Below, in pieces: positions 41,875 through 54,300 of a stretch of DNA of 64,000 nucleotides. Each line of letters begins with the position of its first letter. Position 1 is the first letter of the stretch. The position numbers were made by a program, and so were the translations under genes. The notes under the pieces were generated by a model. It made no database searches and was not told the DNA's origin. It saw only the letters and a program-made list of their open reading frames with translations. The DNA is from an uncultured delta proteobacterium (GTDB lineage Bacteria > Desulfobacterota > Desulfomonilia > UBA1062): positions 64,001 through 128,000 of the forward strand of contig CAWAUM010000010.1 of assembly GCA_963785235.1 (NCBI GenBank), written 5' to 3'.

Positions 41875-43296
41875 ATGAGAAGTAAATGGCTCTCGATAGG
41901 CATCTTTCCCTTGCTGTTTTGCCTCTTTTTATCAGGCGCATGCAGCAAGCACCATACAGGCCACAAAGTGTCTGCCGAAGAGGCCTTTTCCGCACATATC
42001 ATCGCACCAGCGGATAATGTGACCGTTACTGAAGGACAGCCGGTTAACTTTGAAGGGACTGCAGTCAACGGCACAGGGCCTTACACCTATCAATGGACCT
42101 TTGACGGAGGTGCATCGGATTCAATAGAGCAGAACCCCGGATTAGTCACCTTTACTATGCGCGGGACCTATACGATCACCTTGGTCGTCAAAGATTCAAA
42201 AAAAGCCACAGCGAGTGAAACAAGGGTTGTAAGCGTGCGTTCCCCCGGGGCAAAGAATCTGCTCCTCGTAAGCGCCAGCACGAATCATTCCCTTGCGATC
42301 AAACCTGACGGGACACTCTGGTCATGGGGATTTAATTTTCATGGCCAACTCGGTGATGGAACCTGGACAAATAGAACTTCGCCCATCAAGGTAGGAAACG
42401 ACCAAGACTGGGTTGCGGTAAGCGCCGGTGATGGTTTCTCGCTTGCGCTCAAGTCGGATGGGACACTCTGGGCATGGGGAAGCAGTGCAGCTATCGGAAC
42501 TGGATCCTTTGGTGACAGCAATATCCCAATGCAGATCGCTTCCACGACGGACTGGGTTGCCATGAGTGCGGGAGGCGGCTTTTCGCTGGCTCTCAAGACC
42601 GACGGGTCTCTCTGGGCATGGGGAAATAATTCTTCCGGTCAGCTCGGTGATGGATCACAGAAAAGTGAATGGATCCCAGCACCGATCGGGACCGACAAAA
42701 ATTGGACTTCCGTGAGTGCAGGTATGGATCACAGTGCCGCGCTCAAATCCGACGGTACACTCTGGGAATGGGGAAGTAAATATAACCCTCCCGCCGGTTA
42801 CTACCAATGGTTATACGATACCGTACCGGTTCAGGTAGGAACCGATCCGGATTGGCTTGGGGTGAGTACCAGCGGGGATCATACGCTTGCCATCAAGTCC
42901 GACGGATCCCTCTGGTCATGGGGCAACAATGAATTCGGCCAGCTCGGATACAGTAGCTACATCTCAAGAGATACCCCCGCCCTGGTTATCACCCCCGGCA
43001 CATGGGTTGCGGTATGTGCCTCTGCTGACTACAGCCTTGCCGTTAAAAACGATGGAACCCTCTGGGCATGGGGAAATAACTATTATGGTCAGCTCGGAGA
43101 TGGAACAAACGTTGACAAAAGAATACCTACCCAGGTGGGGTCCGACAATGACTGGGTGATGGCACGATCCTTCTACCACCATACCATAGCCTATAAAACA
43201 GACGGTTCCATCTGGACCTGGGGCGCTAATTGGGCAGGCCAGCTCGGGAATGGGTCGTACGCTGATATGAATGTCCCCGGGAAGATCAACTTCTGA
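41875..43296 (+). CDS. Lipoprotein with PKD domain and 7 RCC1/BLIP-II-like repeats
   Basis: Lipobox LSGAC; TYQWTFDG...GTYTITLVVKD; seven K.DG(T/S)(L/I)W.WG repeats. Confidence 0.9.
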   Translation: MRSKWLSIGIFPLLFCLFLSGACSKHHTGHKVSAEEAFSAHIIAPADNVTVTEGQPVNFEGTAVNGTGPYTYQWTFDGGASDSIEQNPGLVTFTMRGTYTITLVVKDSKKATASETRVVSVRSPGAKNLLLVSASTNHSLAIKPDGTLWSWGFNFHGQLGDGTWTNRTSPIKVGNDQDWVAVSAGDGFSLALKSDGTLWAWGSSAAIGTGSFGDSNIPMQIASTTDWVAMSAGGGFSLALKTDGSLWAWGNNSSGQLGDGSQKSEWIPAPIGTDKNWTSVSAGMDHSAALKSDGTLWEWGSKYNPPAGYYQWLYDTVPVQVGTDPDWLGVSTSGDHTLAIKSDGSLWSWGNNEFGQLGYSSYISRDTPALVITPGTWVAVCASADYSLAVKNDGTLWAWGNNYYGQLGDGTNVDKRIPTQVGSDNDWVMARSFYHHTIAYKTDGSIWTWGANWAGQLGNGSYADMNVPGKINF

Positions 43297-43300
43297 TTGC

Positions 43301-46300
43301 TTATTGCTGATCTAAAATATCCCTGATCTTCTTGGAGAATTCGGCCATGCTGAATGGTTTCTGGATAAAGCCTTTGCATCCGTTTTTCATGATTTCCTTT
43401 GCCTGACCATCAAGACTGTAGCCGCTTGAAAGCAGCACCTTTACATCGGGGTTGACGCGGCGCAGGGTGTCGAAGGTTTCTTTCCCGCCGAAATCGGGCA
43501 TGATAATGTCAAGGATCACAAGATCAATCTTACCCCGGGCCTGTTCATAAATCAGTAGACCTTGTCTTCCTCCTGATGCGCTCAACACCTTATAGCCGAG
43601 ACCTTCGAGCATTTTTGAACCGATATCCAGGATCATCTCTTCATCGTCAATGAGGAGTATCGTCTCACGACCTCTCATGATCTCGCCATTTGTCTTTTGC
43701 TCGCCTGAAACATCTTTATCCGAGGCCGGGAGATAGATCATGAAGGATGTGCCGAGGTCCTTTTCGCTCTCTACATTAACGAATCCGCCGTGATTCTTGA
43801 TGATACCATACACAGATGCCAAACCCAGGCCGGTTCCGCGGCCACGCTCCTTGGTGGTGAAAAACGGCTCGAAGATCCTTATTTTTACAGACTCGTCCAT
43901 TCCGATACCTGTATCCGTAACAGTCACCTTTACAAATCTGCCGGGCATGATTTCATAAGGACTCACCTCAACCTCATCCAGATTGATATTTTCTACCGAG
44001 ATGAACAGGTCACCGCCGCCCGGCATGGCCTGCCAGGCATTCACGAACAGATTGAGCATTACCTGTTCCATCTGCCCCCGGTCCACATCAACGGCCCAGA
44101 GTCCCTGGGCGATCTTGTTATGGATCCGGATCTCTTTCTTAGTCCGGCCGAACATCTCGGAACTCTTCTGAATGAATTCTCCAAGATGGGTAGGTTTAAC
44201 CTCATACTTTCCCCCCCTCGCAAATCCGAGCAGCTGCTTTGTAAGGTCGGAGCCACGCTGTACATATTCCTCAACACTCTTGAGGCGATCAAAGAATGGA
44301 TGCGACTCATCAAAGTGCATGAGTATGAGGGATACATTGCCCAGGATACCCATGAGCAAATTGTTGAAGTCATGGGCAATACCGCCTGCAAGCGTTCCCA
44401 CTGCCTCCATCTTCTGTGCACGGGTCAGCTGCTGCTCAAGGTTCTTCTTCTCGGTCATGTCGATGAGAAAGCCCCTCAATCCGGCAGGCTTGTCGTCATG
44501 GTAGACACAGGTGGTATGCACCAGTGCAGGGAAGGTTGTCCCGTCCTTTCTCCGGGCCACATATTCATTCAGACCAATCTTCTCCCCTCGCATGACCCTC
44601 TTATAGTTCTCCATCATCCGTTCATGGTCTTCCGGGGCCACCACATCCAGGACACTTATGCCCTGGTTCATCTCTTCGGTGGTGAACCCGAACCGTTCGA
44701 AGGAACTCTGGTTCACAAAGGTTAAGAAACCTTTTTCATTCGTTTCAAACACCGTCTCGGGCATGAGGCTGGCCAGATCACGGAATCGCTCCTCGCTCTC
44801 GCGCAAAGCCTTTTCGGCATTCTTCCGGTCAGTGATGTCCATGAGTGAGGCGACACTTACCTTGCTGCCTGGTATGAGGGCTATGCTCAGAAAGATGTCC
44901 CTTGACTCACCTGAACGGTTTAAGAATCTGAATTCATAGGATCTGGGGACGGATTCGATCCCCTCCCGGCGCTCTTCATGGTAACGCTTCATCCTCTCCA
45001 GGTCTTCAGGAGAAACGAACGTAGTCCAGCTCATCTTGCCCTCGACCTCTTGGCGCAAGTAGCCCGAGAGCTTTTCGAAATTGGAGTTTACCAGCAGGAC
45101 CGTCCTGTCCTCCCCGAGCAGCATTGAGGCATTCCCAGTGTTCTCAAAGATGGTGCGGTACTGCTCCTCGCTATCCCTGATTGCCTCCTCGATCTGTTTC
45201 CTCTCGGTGATGTCGGTCTGCGTCCCGATGATGCGGGCAGGGTTGCCGTCTTCAGACCATTGGAAGACCTTGCCCCGGTCAAGGACCCACTTGTAACTCC
45301 CGTCCTTGCATTTCACCCGGTGCTCACTGGTATAGACCGGCAGCTCTCCGCGCAGATGACGCTCCAGAATATTGTCCGACTGCTGCCTGTCCTCGGGATG
45401 GATCAACCTCGACCAGGCCTTAGGACTGTCGTCGATTTCGTTGTCCGTGTAACCGAGCATCTCCTTCCAGCGTCTGGAACGGTACACCTTTTTATTTATC
45501 AGATCATAGTCCCATACACCATCGCCTGCACCCTCCAGGGCGAATTGCCACCTCGCTTCGCTCTCCCGGAGTGCCTTCTCGGACCGGTTGCGCTCCGTAA
45601 TGTCAATCATGGATGATACACTCTCTTTTGTGCCCGGGATCAAGGCGACACTCATGAAAAGATCCCTTATCTCTCCTTTGCGGTCCTTAAAACGGAACTC
45701 ATAGGAGTTCGCTGCCGAGCCCGGATCATTGCGGCGCATCACGTGGTATCTCTTCATCCTCTCCAGGTCTTCGGCCACAACGAAACCGGTCCAGCTCATC
45801 TTACCTTCCAGTTCTTCTCCCGAGTATCCCGACATCTTCTCAAAATTTGAGTTGGCAAGGAGGATCGTGGTATCTTCGGCTATGATGATGTTCGCCGTTG
45901 CAGTGCTCTCGAAGGTTGTCCGGTAGAGCTCTTCGCTTTTCCGTATGACCTCATCGGCCTTCCTGCGCTCTGTGATGTCCCGGGTGATACCCAGAATACC
46001 CGTGGGATTACCGGCTTCATCATACAGGATATTAATCTTCACCTCTGTCCATACCGTGGATCCATCTTTGCGGATCATCTCGAGTTCGATGTTTTTCGTC
46101 CACGCTTTGCCGTGCATCTGCCCGCCGAGTTCCAGCAAACGTTCCCGAGCAAAGAGATCGGCTATTCTCTGGTAGGATTCGGGCGTGAGGGATTGATCTA
46201 TGGAATGCTTCATGACTTCTTCAGGGGTATATCCCCTGAGCTCCATAACAGAAGGGCTCACATAGACATAGTGCAAGTCGGTGTCGAGAACCCAGATAAC

Positions 46301-49084
46301 ATCCCGCAGGTTCTCGGCGAGCAGCCGGTAACGGCTCTCGCTCTCCTTGAGGGCCTGCTCGGCCTGGATCCTTTCCGTGATGTCTCTCCCTACGCCCCTG
46401 AACCCGGCAGGCTCACCCGATGTGTCTCGAATCAGCGATACTGACATCTCGATGACCCTTTTTGATCCATCCTTCCTGATGAGCTCATGATCGACCAGGG
46501 TTTTTGGTTTGCCTATTCTATAAACATCGTTGAAGACCTGGAATAACTTCGTTGAGGTCTCTGAAGTGGAAATGGACCTGTAGTTCATACCGCAGAGTTC
46601 TTCACGGGTATAGCCGAGAACTTTGCTTAAGGAATCATTGAAAAAGGTGAAGTTGCCACTGAGGTCTGATTCGAGGTATGCCTCTTCCATGCTCTCGAGG
46701 ATAGATCGGTACTTCTCCTCACTTACACGCAGCGCATCCTCAGCCTGTTTACGGCTGGTGATATCCCTTACAACGCCACTGAACCCGATCGGTGCTCCAT
46801 TGGCATCCCGCCTCAAGGATACAGAAGCGTCGACGTAAATCTTGTGGCCATTCTTTTCATTTAATTCCCATTCGACGCTGCTGATAGGCTCCCCATCGAG
46901 AAAGACCTTATGGAATGCATTGAAAACCTTCTTGGTATTCTTATCATCGATATACTGGCGATAGTTAACCCCCATGAGCTCATCATGTGCATAGCCAAGC
47001 CGTTGTGCAGGCCTGGGATTGAAAAAAGTGAAGTTGCCCTTGAGGTCCACCTCATAGTATGCCTCTTCCATGTTGTCGAGGATGCTTCGATAACGCTCCT
47101 CGCTTTCCCGAAGGGCCTTCTCGGACCGTTTGCGCACGGTAACATCACGCACCAGCGTATTGAACCCTATGGGCTGCCCCGATGCATCTCTCATGAGCCA
47201 GACAGACAACTCATTGTCATGAAGAGAGCCGTCCTTGTGGTTGACCTGGTAGTCCACCAGCAACTCGGGTTTCCCTGTCTTGAAAACCCTGTTAAAGGAC
47301 TCGAACATGAGCTTGGCTGTTTCAGGCGGGGCGTATGTGCGATAATTCATCCCGAGCAGTTCTTCCGGGCTGTATCCGGACATCCTGACGGCTGCATTGT
47401 TGAAGAAGGTGAAGTTACCGGCAAAATCCACCTCGAAATATGATTCCTCCATGCTTTCCAGGATTCTTCTGTACTTGTCCTCGCTGATACGCAAGGCCTC
47501 CTCGGCCTGTTTGCGCTCGGTGATATCGATATGATTGGAAATACTTTCATTGGTCCCGGGTATGAGGGTAACCAGGGCAAGGATATCCCTGACCTCTCCT
47601 GTCCGGGTGATAAACCTGAACTCGTAAGATTCCGGCGCAGAGCCCGGCTTTTCCCGTCGCATTCTGTGATAGTTTTTCAGCCGTTCAAGGTCATCCTCGG
47701 AAATAAAGGATTCCCAGGTCATCTTGCCCTCGATCTCGTGGCGGGAGTAGCCCGAAAGCCCTTCGAAATTGGAGTTCGCAAGCAGGATTGTCTTGTCCTC
47801 TCCTATGATGATGGCGGCGTTGCCCGTATTCTCGAATATGGCCCGGTAGCGCCCCTCACTCTTTTTCAGGGCATCTTCAACCATTTTCCGCTCGGTCACA
47901 TCCCTTTCCACGCCGCGAAAACCCTTTGGCTGCCCTGAAGGGTCCAGCAAGAGAGCGGCAGTCATCTCATGAACCCGGACAGACCCATCCTTTTGAATTA
48001 CTTCATAATCAACCGTATATTCAGGGTTTCTGGTTTTATAAATCCGGCTGTATACTTCAAGCATCTGTTTTGCCGTCTCAGGGGTCATGTACTTGCGGTA
48101 ATTCAATCCATGGATTTCATCCTGAGAATATCCCAGTCCTCTGCAGCTGGCCTCGTTATTGAACGTGAAGTTGCCCTTGAGATCGAGTTCGAAATACCCT
48201 TCTTCGATATTTTCAAGGATTCCCCTGTACCTTTCTTCACTCAGGCGCAAAGCCTCTTCCGCCTGTCTACGATCATTGATATCCATGCATGACGCCACAC
48301 TCTCGTTGGTGCCGGGTATCATGGCTATGGTCAGGAAGATGTAACGGAGTTCTCCGTAGCGATTCTTAAAACGGAACTCATAAGAACCAGGTGCCGATTC
48401 AGGGTTTTCCCTGCGCTGTGCATGGTAGCGCCTCATCTTCTCAATGTCTTCATCTGCGATGAAGACAGTCCAGCTCATCTTTCCTTCCAGCTCTTCCTTG
48501 GAATATCCCGAGAGCCTTTCAAAATTCGAGTTCGCAAGGAGGATCGTTGTATCTTCTCCGATACAGATGGATGCGTTACCCGTATTCTCGAAGATGGTGC
48601 GATAGCGCTCTGAGCTTTTTTTCAACTGTTCCTGGGCTTTCTTCCATGCAGTTATGTCACGGGCGATTCCCTGGATGGCATAGGGCTCTCCTGAACGATA
48701 AATGACAGAGGCCCTTGACTCCAGCCAGACAAAACTCCCGTCTTTGTGTCTGACCATATATTCTTCGGATTCCCTCTGTGTCCCTGTCTCCTTCAATTCC
48801 TGTATGGTTCTGAACACCTTGGGGATCTGCTCGTCTGCAAGAAGCGTAGTCAATGTGATATTTTTCAGCTCTTCTCTGGAGTATCCGAGCAGATTGAACC
48901 CGGCATTACTGGCATCAAGAAACCTGCCTTCAAAGTCGAGGATATAGACCACGTCAAAAGATCGCTCAAACAGGGCCTTGTAGCGCTCTTCACTCTCCCT
49001 GGCAGCCTCTATTGCCAGGCTGTGTTCCTGCTCAAGGTCCTTGAGCCTCTTTTCCAAGTCCTCATAGCTGGGTTTCTCAAACAT
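43301..49084 (-). CDS. Cytoplasmic hybrid sensor kinase: 12 PAS + HisKA + HATPase + REC (1927 aa)
   Basis: 12 PAS/PAC units ending in D(I/V/M)T; [35 protein letters not shown]; REC IDDE...LDIIMP...KP. Confidence 0.95.
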   Translation of the reverse strand: MFEKPSYEDLEKRLKDLEQEHSLAIEAARESEERYKALFERSFDVVYILDFEGRFLDASNAGFNLLGYSREELKNITLTTLLADEQIPKVFRTIQELKETGTQRESEEYMVRHKDGSFVWLESRASVIYRSGEPYAIQGIARDITAWKKAQEQLKKSSERYRTIFENTGNASICIGEDTTILLANSNFERLSGYSKEELEGKMSWTVFIADEDIEKMRRYHAQRRENPESAPGSYEFRFKNRYGELRYIFLTIAMIPGTNESVASCMDINDRRQAEEALRLSEERYRGILENIEEGYFELDLKGNFTFNNEASCRGLGYSQDEIHGLNYRKYMTPETAKQMLEVYSRIYKTRNPEYTVDYEVIQKDGSVRVHEMTAALLLDPSGQPKGFRGVERDVTERKMVEDALKKSEGRYRAIFENTGNAAIIIGEDKTILLANSNFEGLSGYSRHEIEGKMTWESFISEDDLERLKNYHRMRREKPGSAPESYEFRFITRTGEVRDILALVTLIPGTNESISNHIDITERKQAEEALRISEDKYRRILESMEESYFEVDFAGNFTFFNNAAVRMSGYSPEELLGMNYRTYAPPETAKLMFESFNRVFKTGKPELLVDYQVNHKDGSLHDNELSVWLMRDASGQPIGFNTLVRDVTVRKRSEKALRESEERYRSILDNMEEAYYEVDLKGNFTFFNPRPAQRLGYAHDELMGVNYRQYIDDKNTKKVFNAFHKVFLDGEPISSVEWELNEKNGHKIYVDASVSLRRDANGAPIGFSGVVRDITSRKQAEDALRVSEEKYRSILESMEEAYLESDLSGNFTFFNDSLSKVLGYTREELCGMNYRSISTSETSTKLFQVFNDVYRIGKPKTLVDHELIRKDGSKRVIEMSVSLIRDTSGEPAGFRGVGRDITERIQAEQALKESESRYRLLAENLRDVIWVLDTDLHYVYVSPSVMELRGYTPEEVMKHSIDQSLTPESYQRIADLFARERLLELGGQMHGKAWTKNIELEMIRKDGSTVWTEVKINILYDEAGNPTGILGITRDITERRKADEVIRKSEELYRTTFESTATANIIIAEDTTILLANSNFEKMSGYSGEELEGKMSWTGFVVAEDLERMKRYHVMRRNDPGSAANSYEFRFKDRKGEIRDLFMSVALIPGTKESVSSMIDITERNRSEKALRESEARWQFALEGAGDGVWDYDLINKKVYRSRRWKEMLGYTDNEIDDSPKAWSRLIHPEDRQQSDNILERHLRGELPVYTSEHRVKCKDGSYKWVLDRGKVFQWSEDGNPARIIGTQTDITERKQIEEAIRDSEEQYRTIFENTGNASMLLGEDRTVLLVNSNFEKLSGYLRQEVEGKMSWTTFVSPEDLERMKRYHEERREGIESVPRSYEFRFLNRSGESRDIFLSIALIPGSKVSVASLMDITDRKNAEKALRESEERFRDLASLMPETVFETNEKGFLTFVNQSSFERFGFTTEEMNQGISVLDVVAPEDHERMMENYKRVMRGEKIGLNEYVARRKDGTTFPALVHTTCVYHDDKPAGLRGFLIDMTEKKNLEQQLTRAQKMEAVGTLAGGIAHDFNNLLMGILGNVSLILMHFDESHPFFDRLKSVEEYVQRGSDLTKQLLGFARGGKYEVKPTHLGEFIQKSSEMFGRTKKEIRIHNKIAQGLWAVDVDRGQMEQVMLNLFVNAWQAMPGGGDLFISVENINLDEVEVSPYEIMPGRFVKVTVTDTGIGMDESVKIRIFEPFFTTKERGRGTGLGLASVYGIIKNHGGFVNVESEKDLGTSFMIYLPASDKDVSGEQKTNGEIMRGRETILLIDDEEMILDIGSKMLEGLGYKVLSASGGRQGLLIYEQARGKIDLVILDIIMPDFGGKETFDTLRRVNPDVKVLLSSGYSLDGQAKEIMKNGCKGFIQKPFSMAEFSKKIRDILDQQ

Positions 49085-49261
49085 CAGCTTCTCCTCCCGG
49101 AGGATAGAGCGGCATCTTTTCCTGTGCCTTGTTACGCAAGATATACGGGTATCTCATGCAGATACTTTATCGGCATTCTACCCTGGGGAAACTTAGCGTC
49201 ACATGATGATTTTGCGATATTATTATTCCGGATGTTGCATGTAAGCGGTGTAAAAACCTGA

Positions 49262-49347
49262 TCCGTTAAAAACCTCAATCTTGCAGCCTTTGTGGAACGC
49301 TGATTATATCGGACTTTCATGGCTGCAAGATTGAGGTTTTTAACGGA
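49262..49347. mobile_element. MITE-like element: perfect 27-bp inverted repeats around a 32-bp spacer
   Basis: TCCGTTAAAAACCTCAATCTTGCAGCC (49262-49288) / GGCTGCAAGATTGAGGTTTTTAACGGA (49321-49347); the mobile-element call is inference. Confidence 0.55.
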
Positions 49348-49483
49348 CCTATAAAAAACAATTTCACGGCACCAATTTCACGGACTATGAGTTTTATGCT
49401 TAAGGCCTCCGTACTCTGATAGAGCATGTAAGCTTGCATCAAACGCAGAGTCCGGGGTTTTTTAAGGGCAGCTTATGGTAAAA

Positions 49484-51322
49484 TCATTTATTCCACAGGA
49501 GACTGTTTAGTCCCGAACTGCGCTGGGTTCGCCTGGCGATCGAAGAAGAGAAGATGTCTTCGAGGGCCCAGATCTCGATAGCGTCCCTGGCCCTGGTTAT
49601 GCCCGTATAGACGAGCTCCCTGGTGAGCACAGGAGAGTCGCGCTCCGGTAGTATGAGCAGAACCCGGTCGAACTCGGACCCCTGGCTCTTGTGGATTGTC
49701 ATGGCAAAGGCCGTTTCGTGTGCGGGCAGCCTTAAGGGCGAAATCTTCCTGACAGACCCGTCTTTGTCCATAAAGCAGGCGCGCAGGTCATCCCCCTCGC
49801 TCACGATGAGCCCGATGTCGCCGTTCATGAGCCTCAGGGTATAGTCGTTTTCCGTGACAAGCACGGGCCTGCCGTGGTAGTGCAGCCTGCCGGGTTCAAT
49901 GAGGCCCGCGCCCTGCAGGATCTCTTCCACCTTGCGGTTCAGGGCCGCTACACCATAAGGACCCTCGCGGACAGGGCTCAGGATGCGCAACGTATCGAAG
50001 AGGCGGAAGCGTTCATAAATATCCTCTGAGGCGAGAAAACCTCCATACCCCCTGGTAACAATCTCTTTCAGCGCCCTGTTCAATTCTCCCGGTAAAGGCA
50101 GGTCCTGCCAGCAAAGCTCTGCTCTGTGGTCTGAGTGGAGGATCTCAAGGGACCGGCCGATATCTCCCGAATTGACTGCCTCGCCCAGGGCGAAGATGGC
50201 GCTGTCTTTACTGAAACGGAAGGTCCGGGTGAGTTCCACAAGCGAATCCTGCATGCCGCCTTCGCCGCCTGAGGGCACCGTGCACCCTGCTGTCCTTTTC
50301 ACAAGTCCGGCAAAGTCAGGCGAATAGGCATGGGAGGCGCCCACATCGCAGATATCCCCGAGCACGTAGCCTGCCTGAACGGAAGCGAGCTGGTTCTTGT
50401 CGCCAAGCAGGATAAGGCGGGCCGTGTCCTTGAGGGCACGGACCAGGTTTGACATGAGGGCCAGGTCTGCCATTGACGCCTCGTCTATGGCGATAACATC
50501 GGCACTCAACGGATTTGCTGCGCCGTGCCTCGGCTGAGTTGACCCGGGAGAGAAGCCCAGGAGCCTGTGGATGGTGGTGGCCTCGCACGGGATCATGGCC
50601 TTTACCTCAGGTGCGCAGTCCATGAGTTCAAGACTGCGCCGGATGGACTCTTCGATCCTCCGGGCCGCCTTGCCGGTGGGGGCCGCCAGGGCGATCTTCA
50701 GGTGAGGCTCCTGCTCAAGGAGCAGGGCCATTATCCTGCAGACAAGCGTGGTCTTGCCCGTGCCCGGCCCGCCCGTGATCACGCATAGACCTCTTGAAAC
50801 GGCAGCCGCAGCCGCGGCTTTGTGCAGGTCATGCCCGTCGGTCCCGTCCGGGGGAAACATTCGCGAGAGGCCCCTGGTGAATAGGGTCTCGTCAAAAGGC
50901 ATGACCCGTGCGTTCAAACGCAGCAGAACCTCGGCCAATCTCCGCTCGTTCTCACAGGAGCGGTGGAGATAAAGCCTGCCCGCCTCGTCAAGGATGAGGG
51001 GGCGGTAATCGCCCGGGCCGCCCACGACCGTACAGGTCTTCAGGGCAGATATCCAGGCCTCAGGTGAAGGCAGTTCCAGTACAGCGGCCCCGAACTCTTT
51101 GCCCATCAGCCCTGCCCTGATATCGTTCAGATTCAGGCAGGTGTGCCCTTCCCTGCTGAGCCTGCTCACAAGGGCGGCAGCAAGGATGAGCTCCTTGCTG
51201 CCGGATTCTGAGAGCTGCACCATGAACCGGGCGAAATGCATATCAATGGGCTCGAAATAATCTTCTGCTGGCATCAGACCCTGTTCAACACTTTTCCTGG
51301 AATCAACGGCATCATGCGCCAT
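49484..51322 (-). CDS. recD: Exonuclease V alpha subunit
   Basis: RLYL.R, GGPGTGKTT, AAPTGKAA, TIHRLLG, DEASM, GDKNQL.SV, TIHKSQGSEF, YTGITRA. Confidence 0.96.
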   Translation of the reverse strand: MAHDAVDSRKSVEQGLMPAEDYFEPIDMHFARFMVQLSESGSKELILAAALVSRLSREGHTCLNLNDIRAGLMGKEFGAAVLELPSPEAWISALKTCTVVGGPGDYRPLILDEAGRLYLHRSCENERRLAEVLLRLNARVMPFDETLFTRGLSRMFPPDGTDGHDLHKAAAAAAVSRGLCVITGGPGTGKTTLVCRIMALLLEQEPHLKIALAAPTGKAARRIEESIRRSLELMDCAPEVKAMIPCEATTIHRLLGFSPGSTQPRHGAANPLSADVIAIDEASMADLALMSNLVRALKDTARLILLGDKNQLASVQAGYVLGDICDVGASHAYSPDFAGLVKRTAGCTVPSGGEGGMQDSLVELTRTFRFSKDSAIFALGEAVNSGDIGRSLEILHSDHRAELCWQDLPLPGELNRALKEIVTRGYGGFLASEDIYERFRLFDTLRILSPVREGPYGVAALNRKVEEILQGAGLIEPGRLHYHGRPVLVTENDYTLRLMNGDIGLIVSEGDDLRACFMDKDGSVRKISPLRLPAHETAFAMTIHKSQGSEFDRVLLILPERDSPVLTRELVYTGITRARDAIEIWALEDIFSSSIARRTQRSSGLNSLLWNK

Positions 51323-51336
51323 TCGTTTTTTACCCT

Positions 51337-54300
51337 CTACTTGTCCTTGTTCATCAGCACTTCGCTCAACTTTACCAGGTTCTCTTCATCCGGACGGGCG
51401 CGGAAGATGCCGTACTCCGGCCCCCTGCCAGGATCAACACCCCGCAGGTACACGTAGAAGACCCCTCCGAAGTGCTCGTCATAGTTATATCCCTGCAGCC
51501 GCTGTTTCAGGTATTGATCCAGCGCCACGCAGTAGAGGTGATACTGGAGGATGTAGTTGTCCCTGATCATGGATTTCAGGAGTGCATCCTGGCTGTAGTC
51601 CTCCACTGTGTCACCCAGATGGTTGGACTTCCAGTCGATGAGATAGTACTTCCCCTCGTGCATGAAGACCAGGTCCATGAAGCCCCGAAGGAAACCTTTA
51701 ACCGGTTCAAAGGTGAAGCGGGGGGTATTTGCCGGCATCCAGAGCCCCCTCTCCCTGTCCCTCTCCCGCAAGGGGAGAGGGGACCTTCATTGAGGGCATG
51801 CAGTGAGTAATGGCTTGCTCCAGGATACCGGGTGTGAGCTGATTCAAAGGGAACAGGAACTCCAGCTCGGTGAGCCGTTCTGCCTTAGTAACCAGGTTGA
51901 GACTTGTCACCCCCAGGTCGACGGTGAGAACCTACGCACCATACCGGTCACGGTCCCGGCCCAGGTCCTTTCGAAACCATGGCTGTGCGAGCATTTCCTC
52001 CACCACGGCCCGGATCGCTTCATTGTCCGCAGTGAATTCGATCTTCTCGAAGACCTCGTGAAGAAGCGTGCCTGCCCGGGCCCCTTTGGGGAAGGAGAAG
52101 ATGTCTTTAACCCTCTCCCCTTTTTCTCCTGACCCATTTTTCATACCCTGCCACAGGGTGTCCCGGTCAGCTGCTTCACTGCCTTTGTGCAGGCCGTGGA
52201 TGAACGCGGTGTAGCTGGCGATTCCCCAGGTGCGGTCAATGGCTCCTGGGAAGACCCGTGCTGCAGGTTCTTCCGAAGATAAGGCAGGCCGCGCCGCAGG
52301 TTCGGGCCGGCCATGGGGGATGTCCAGGACCCGGGCATGACCCGTTCTTGCGCCAAGGAATTCCTCCAGGCTACGCCGCAGGTCTGCTGCATCCGCGCCC
52401 TTCATGAGATGGGCCATGGCCGATCTCTCGGCCCCCTTCACCCTGCCCCAGGCCACATAGCACCGGTTCTTTGCCCGGGTGAGAGCCACATAGAAGAGCC
52501 TCACGTTCTCGGCCAGGGTCTCTTCCAGGGCCTTCCCCCGATGGCTTTCCTGCTCTGGTGAGCCCATGTCCAGCACAGCAGTATGGGCATCATCGTGGAA
52601 CAGCACCCCCTCCCCCTTGTCCGGCTTTGCAGCGCCCCAGGCAAAGGGGCAGAACACCACCGGGAATTCGAGGCCCTTGCTCTTGTGCACGGTCATGACC
52701 CTAACCGCGTCGTCGTCGCTCTCGAGCCTGAGCTGGTACTCGTCGCTGCCGGGCATGCCCGGGTCCCTGCGCTCGGCAAGCCATTTCCTCAGGCCCTGCA
52801 TGCCCAGCTTCTCAGGCCGCCTCCGCCTTGCCCAGGAGCTCGGCGATGTGGAGAATATTGGTGAGCGCCCGCTCGCCCGCAGACCATGCTCAGCAGGCGC
52901 GAGCGCACCCCCTGGCCGTCCAGGAGCCTCTTGATCATGGGCGTGAAGCCGGAGCGGGCCCAGAGCTCGTGCCAGTCCCGGAACTGCTCGATCCAGTTCT
53001 CCCATGCCGCTTCGTCAATACTGAGCGCATCCACGGCCGCAGGGTTCAGGGCAAAGATGCGGGTCATGAGTGCGGTGCGCACGAGCCCCTCGCGATACGG
53101 CTCGGCCAGGGCTGCAAGGAGCACCTCCATCTCGAAGGCCTCGCTCGAGAGAAACACGTTCTCGTCGCTGTAGAGCACGCAAGGGATGCCTGCTGCGTGC
53201 AGGCTGTCGCGGACCATGCGCGCCTGGGTGTTGGTGCGTACGAGCACAGCCATGTCCGAGGGCTTGAGTCCATCGTTACCGAGCTTCACAGCGCCATTGC
53301 TTGAGAGGTTCAGGAGCCGGGAGATCTCGAAAGCTACGGCCCTGCACACGGCCCTGCCCGCCTGCTCCACCGTGAGCTCGCGTGCCTCGCCTGCGTCCAG
53401 GTACCAGACCTGCAGCGGCCCTTCATCGAGCCCGGTGAGCGTCTTCCGGTCGGTCTTTGGCGCGGGCTCGGCCGCATCGAAGCGGATCCAGTCGAAGACA
53501 AAGGGATACTCCGCCTGTGCGAACACCGCGTTCACCGCTTCTATCAGGCCGGGATCGCTCCGCCAGTTGTGGATCAGGGTGTGCTTGTGTGCCTCAACCA
53601 CGCTGTGGGCGGCCCGGGCATAGGTGAACACGTCCGCGCCCCGGAAGCTGTAGACGGCCTGCTTGGGGTCGCCGATGAAGAACAGGCATGATCCGGCAAA
53701 ACACCGCGTGAAGATCTCGTACTGCAAGGGGTCCGTGTCCTGGAACTCGTCGATCAGGGCCGCCTTGAACCTTCCCGCTACCGCTCCGGCCAGCGCGCCA
53801 CCACCCCGGGACCGCAGGGCCTGGTGCATCCTCAGGAGCAGGTCGTCGTAGTGCACGAGCCCCAGCTTCTCCTTGCGCCGCGCCAGCGCCGTATCCAGGA
53901 TATGCGAAGAACTCGACCTTCAGCGAGGTGATCTCGTCCTCAAAGGCAGCGCTCAATGTATCGCCTGCCTCCTGCAAAGCCCCGCACAGGGCAAAGACCG
54001 GGTGTTCCGGCATGGTGGCGCCCTTTTTCGTGGCCTTCTTAATGGCGGTCGGCGTGAACTTTGCCAGGCACGAGGCCGCGGGCAGCGCCACGCACCCCAT
54101 GGCCAGGTAGCGCTCCATGTCCGCCAGGTATCCCGGGACTTTTGGTGACCTTGTGGGTGCTCTGGTTGATGGTGTCCGTATCGCACATGAGCCGCTCCAC
54201 CTCGCCCAGCGCGGTAGGCCATGCTGCGGCAAGTGCGGCAAAGGCCTGCCGGTACTCAGCCAGCAGCGGATCCAGCGCACCCTGACCGTCGGGTCCATCA

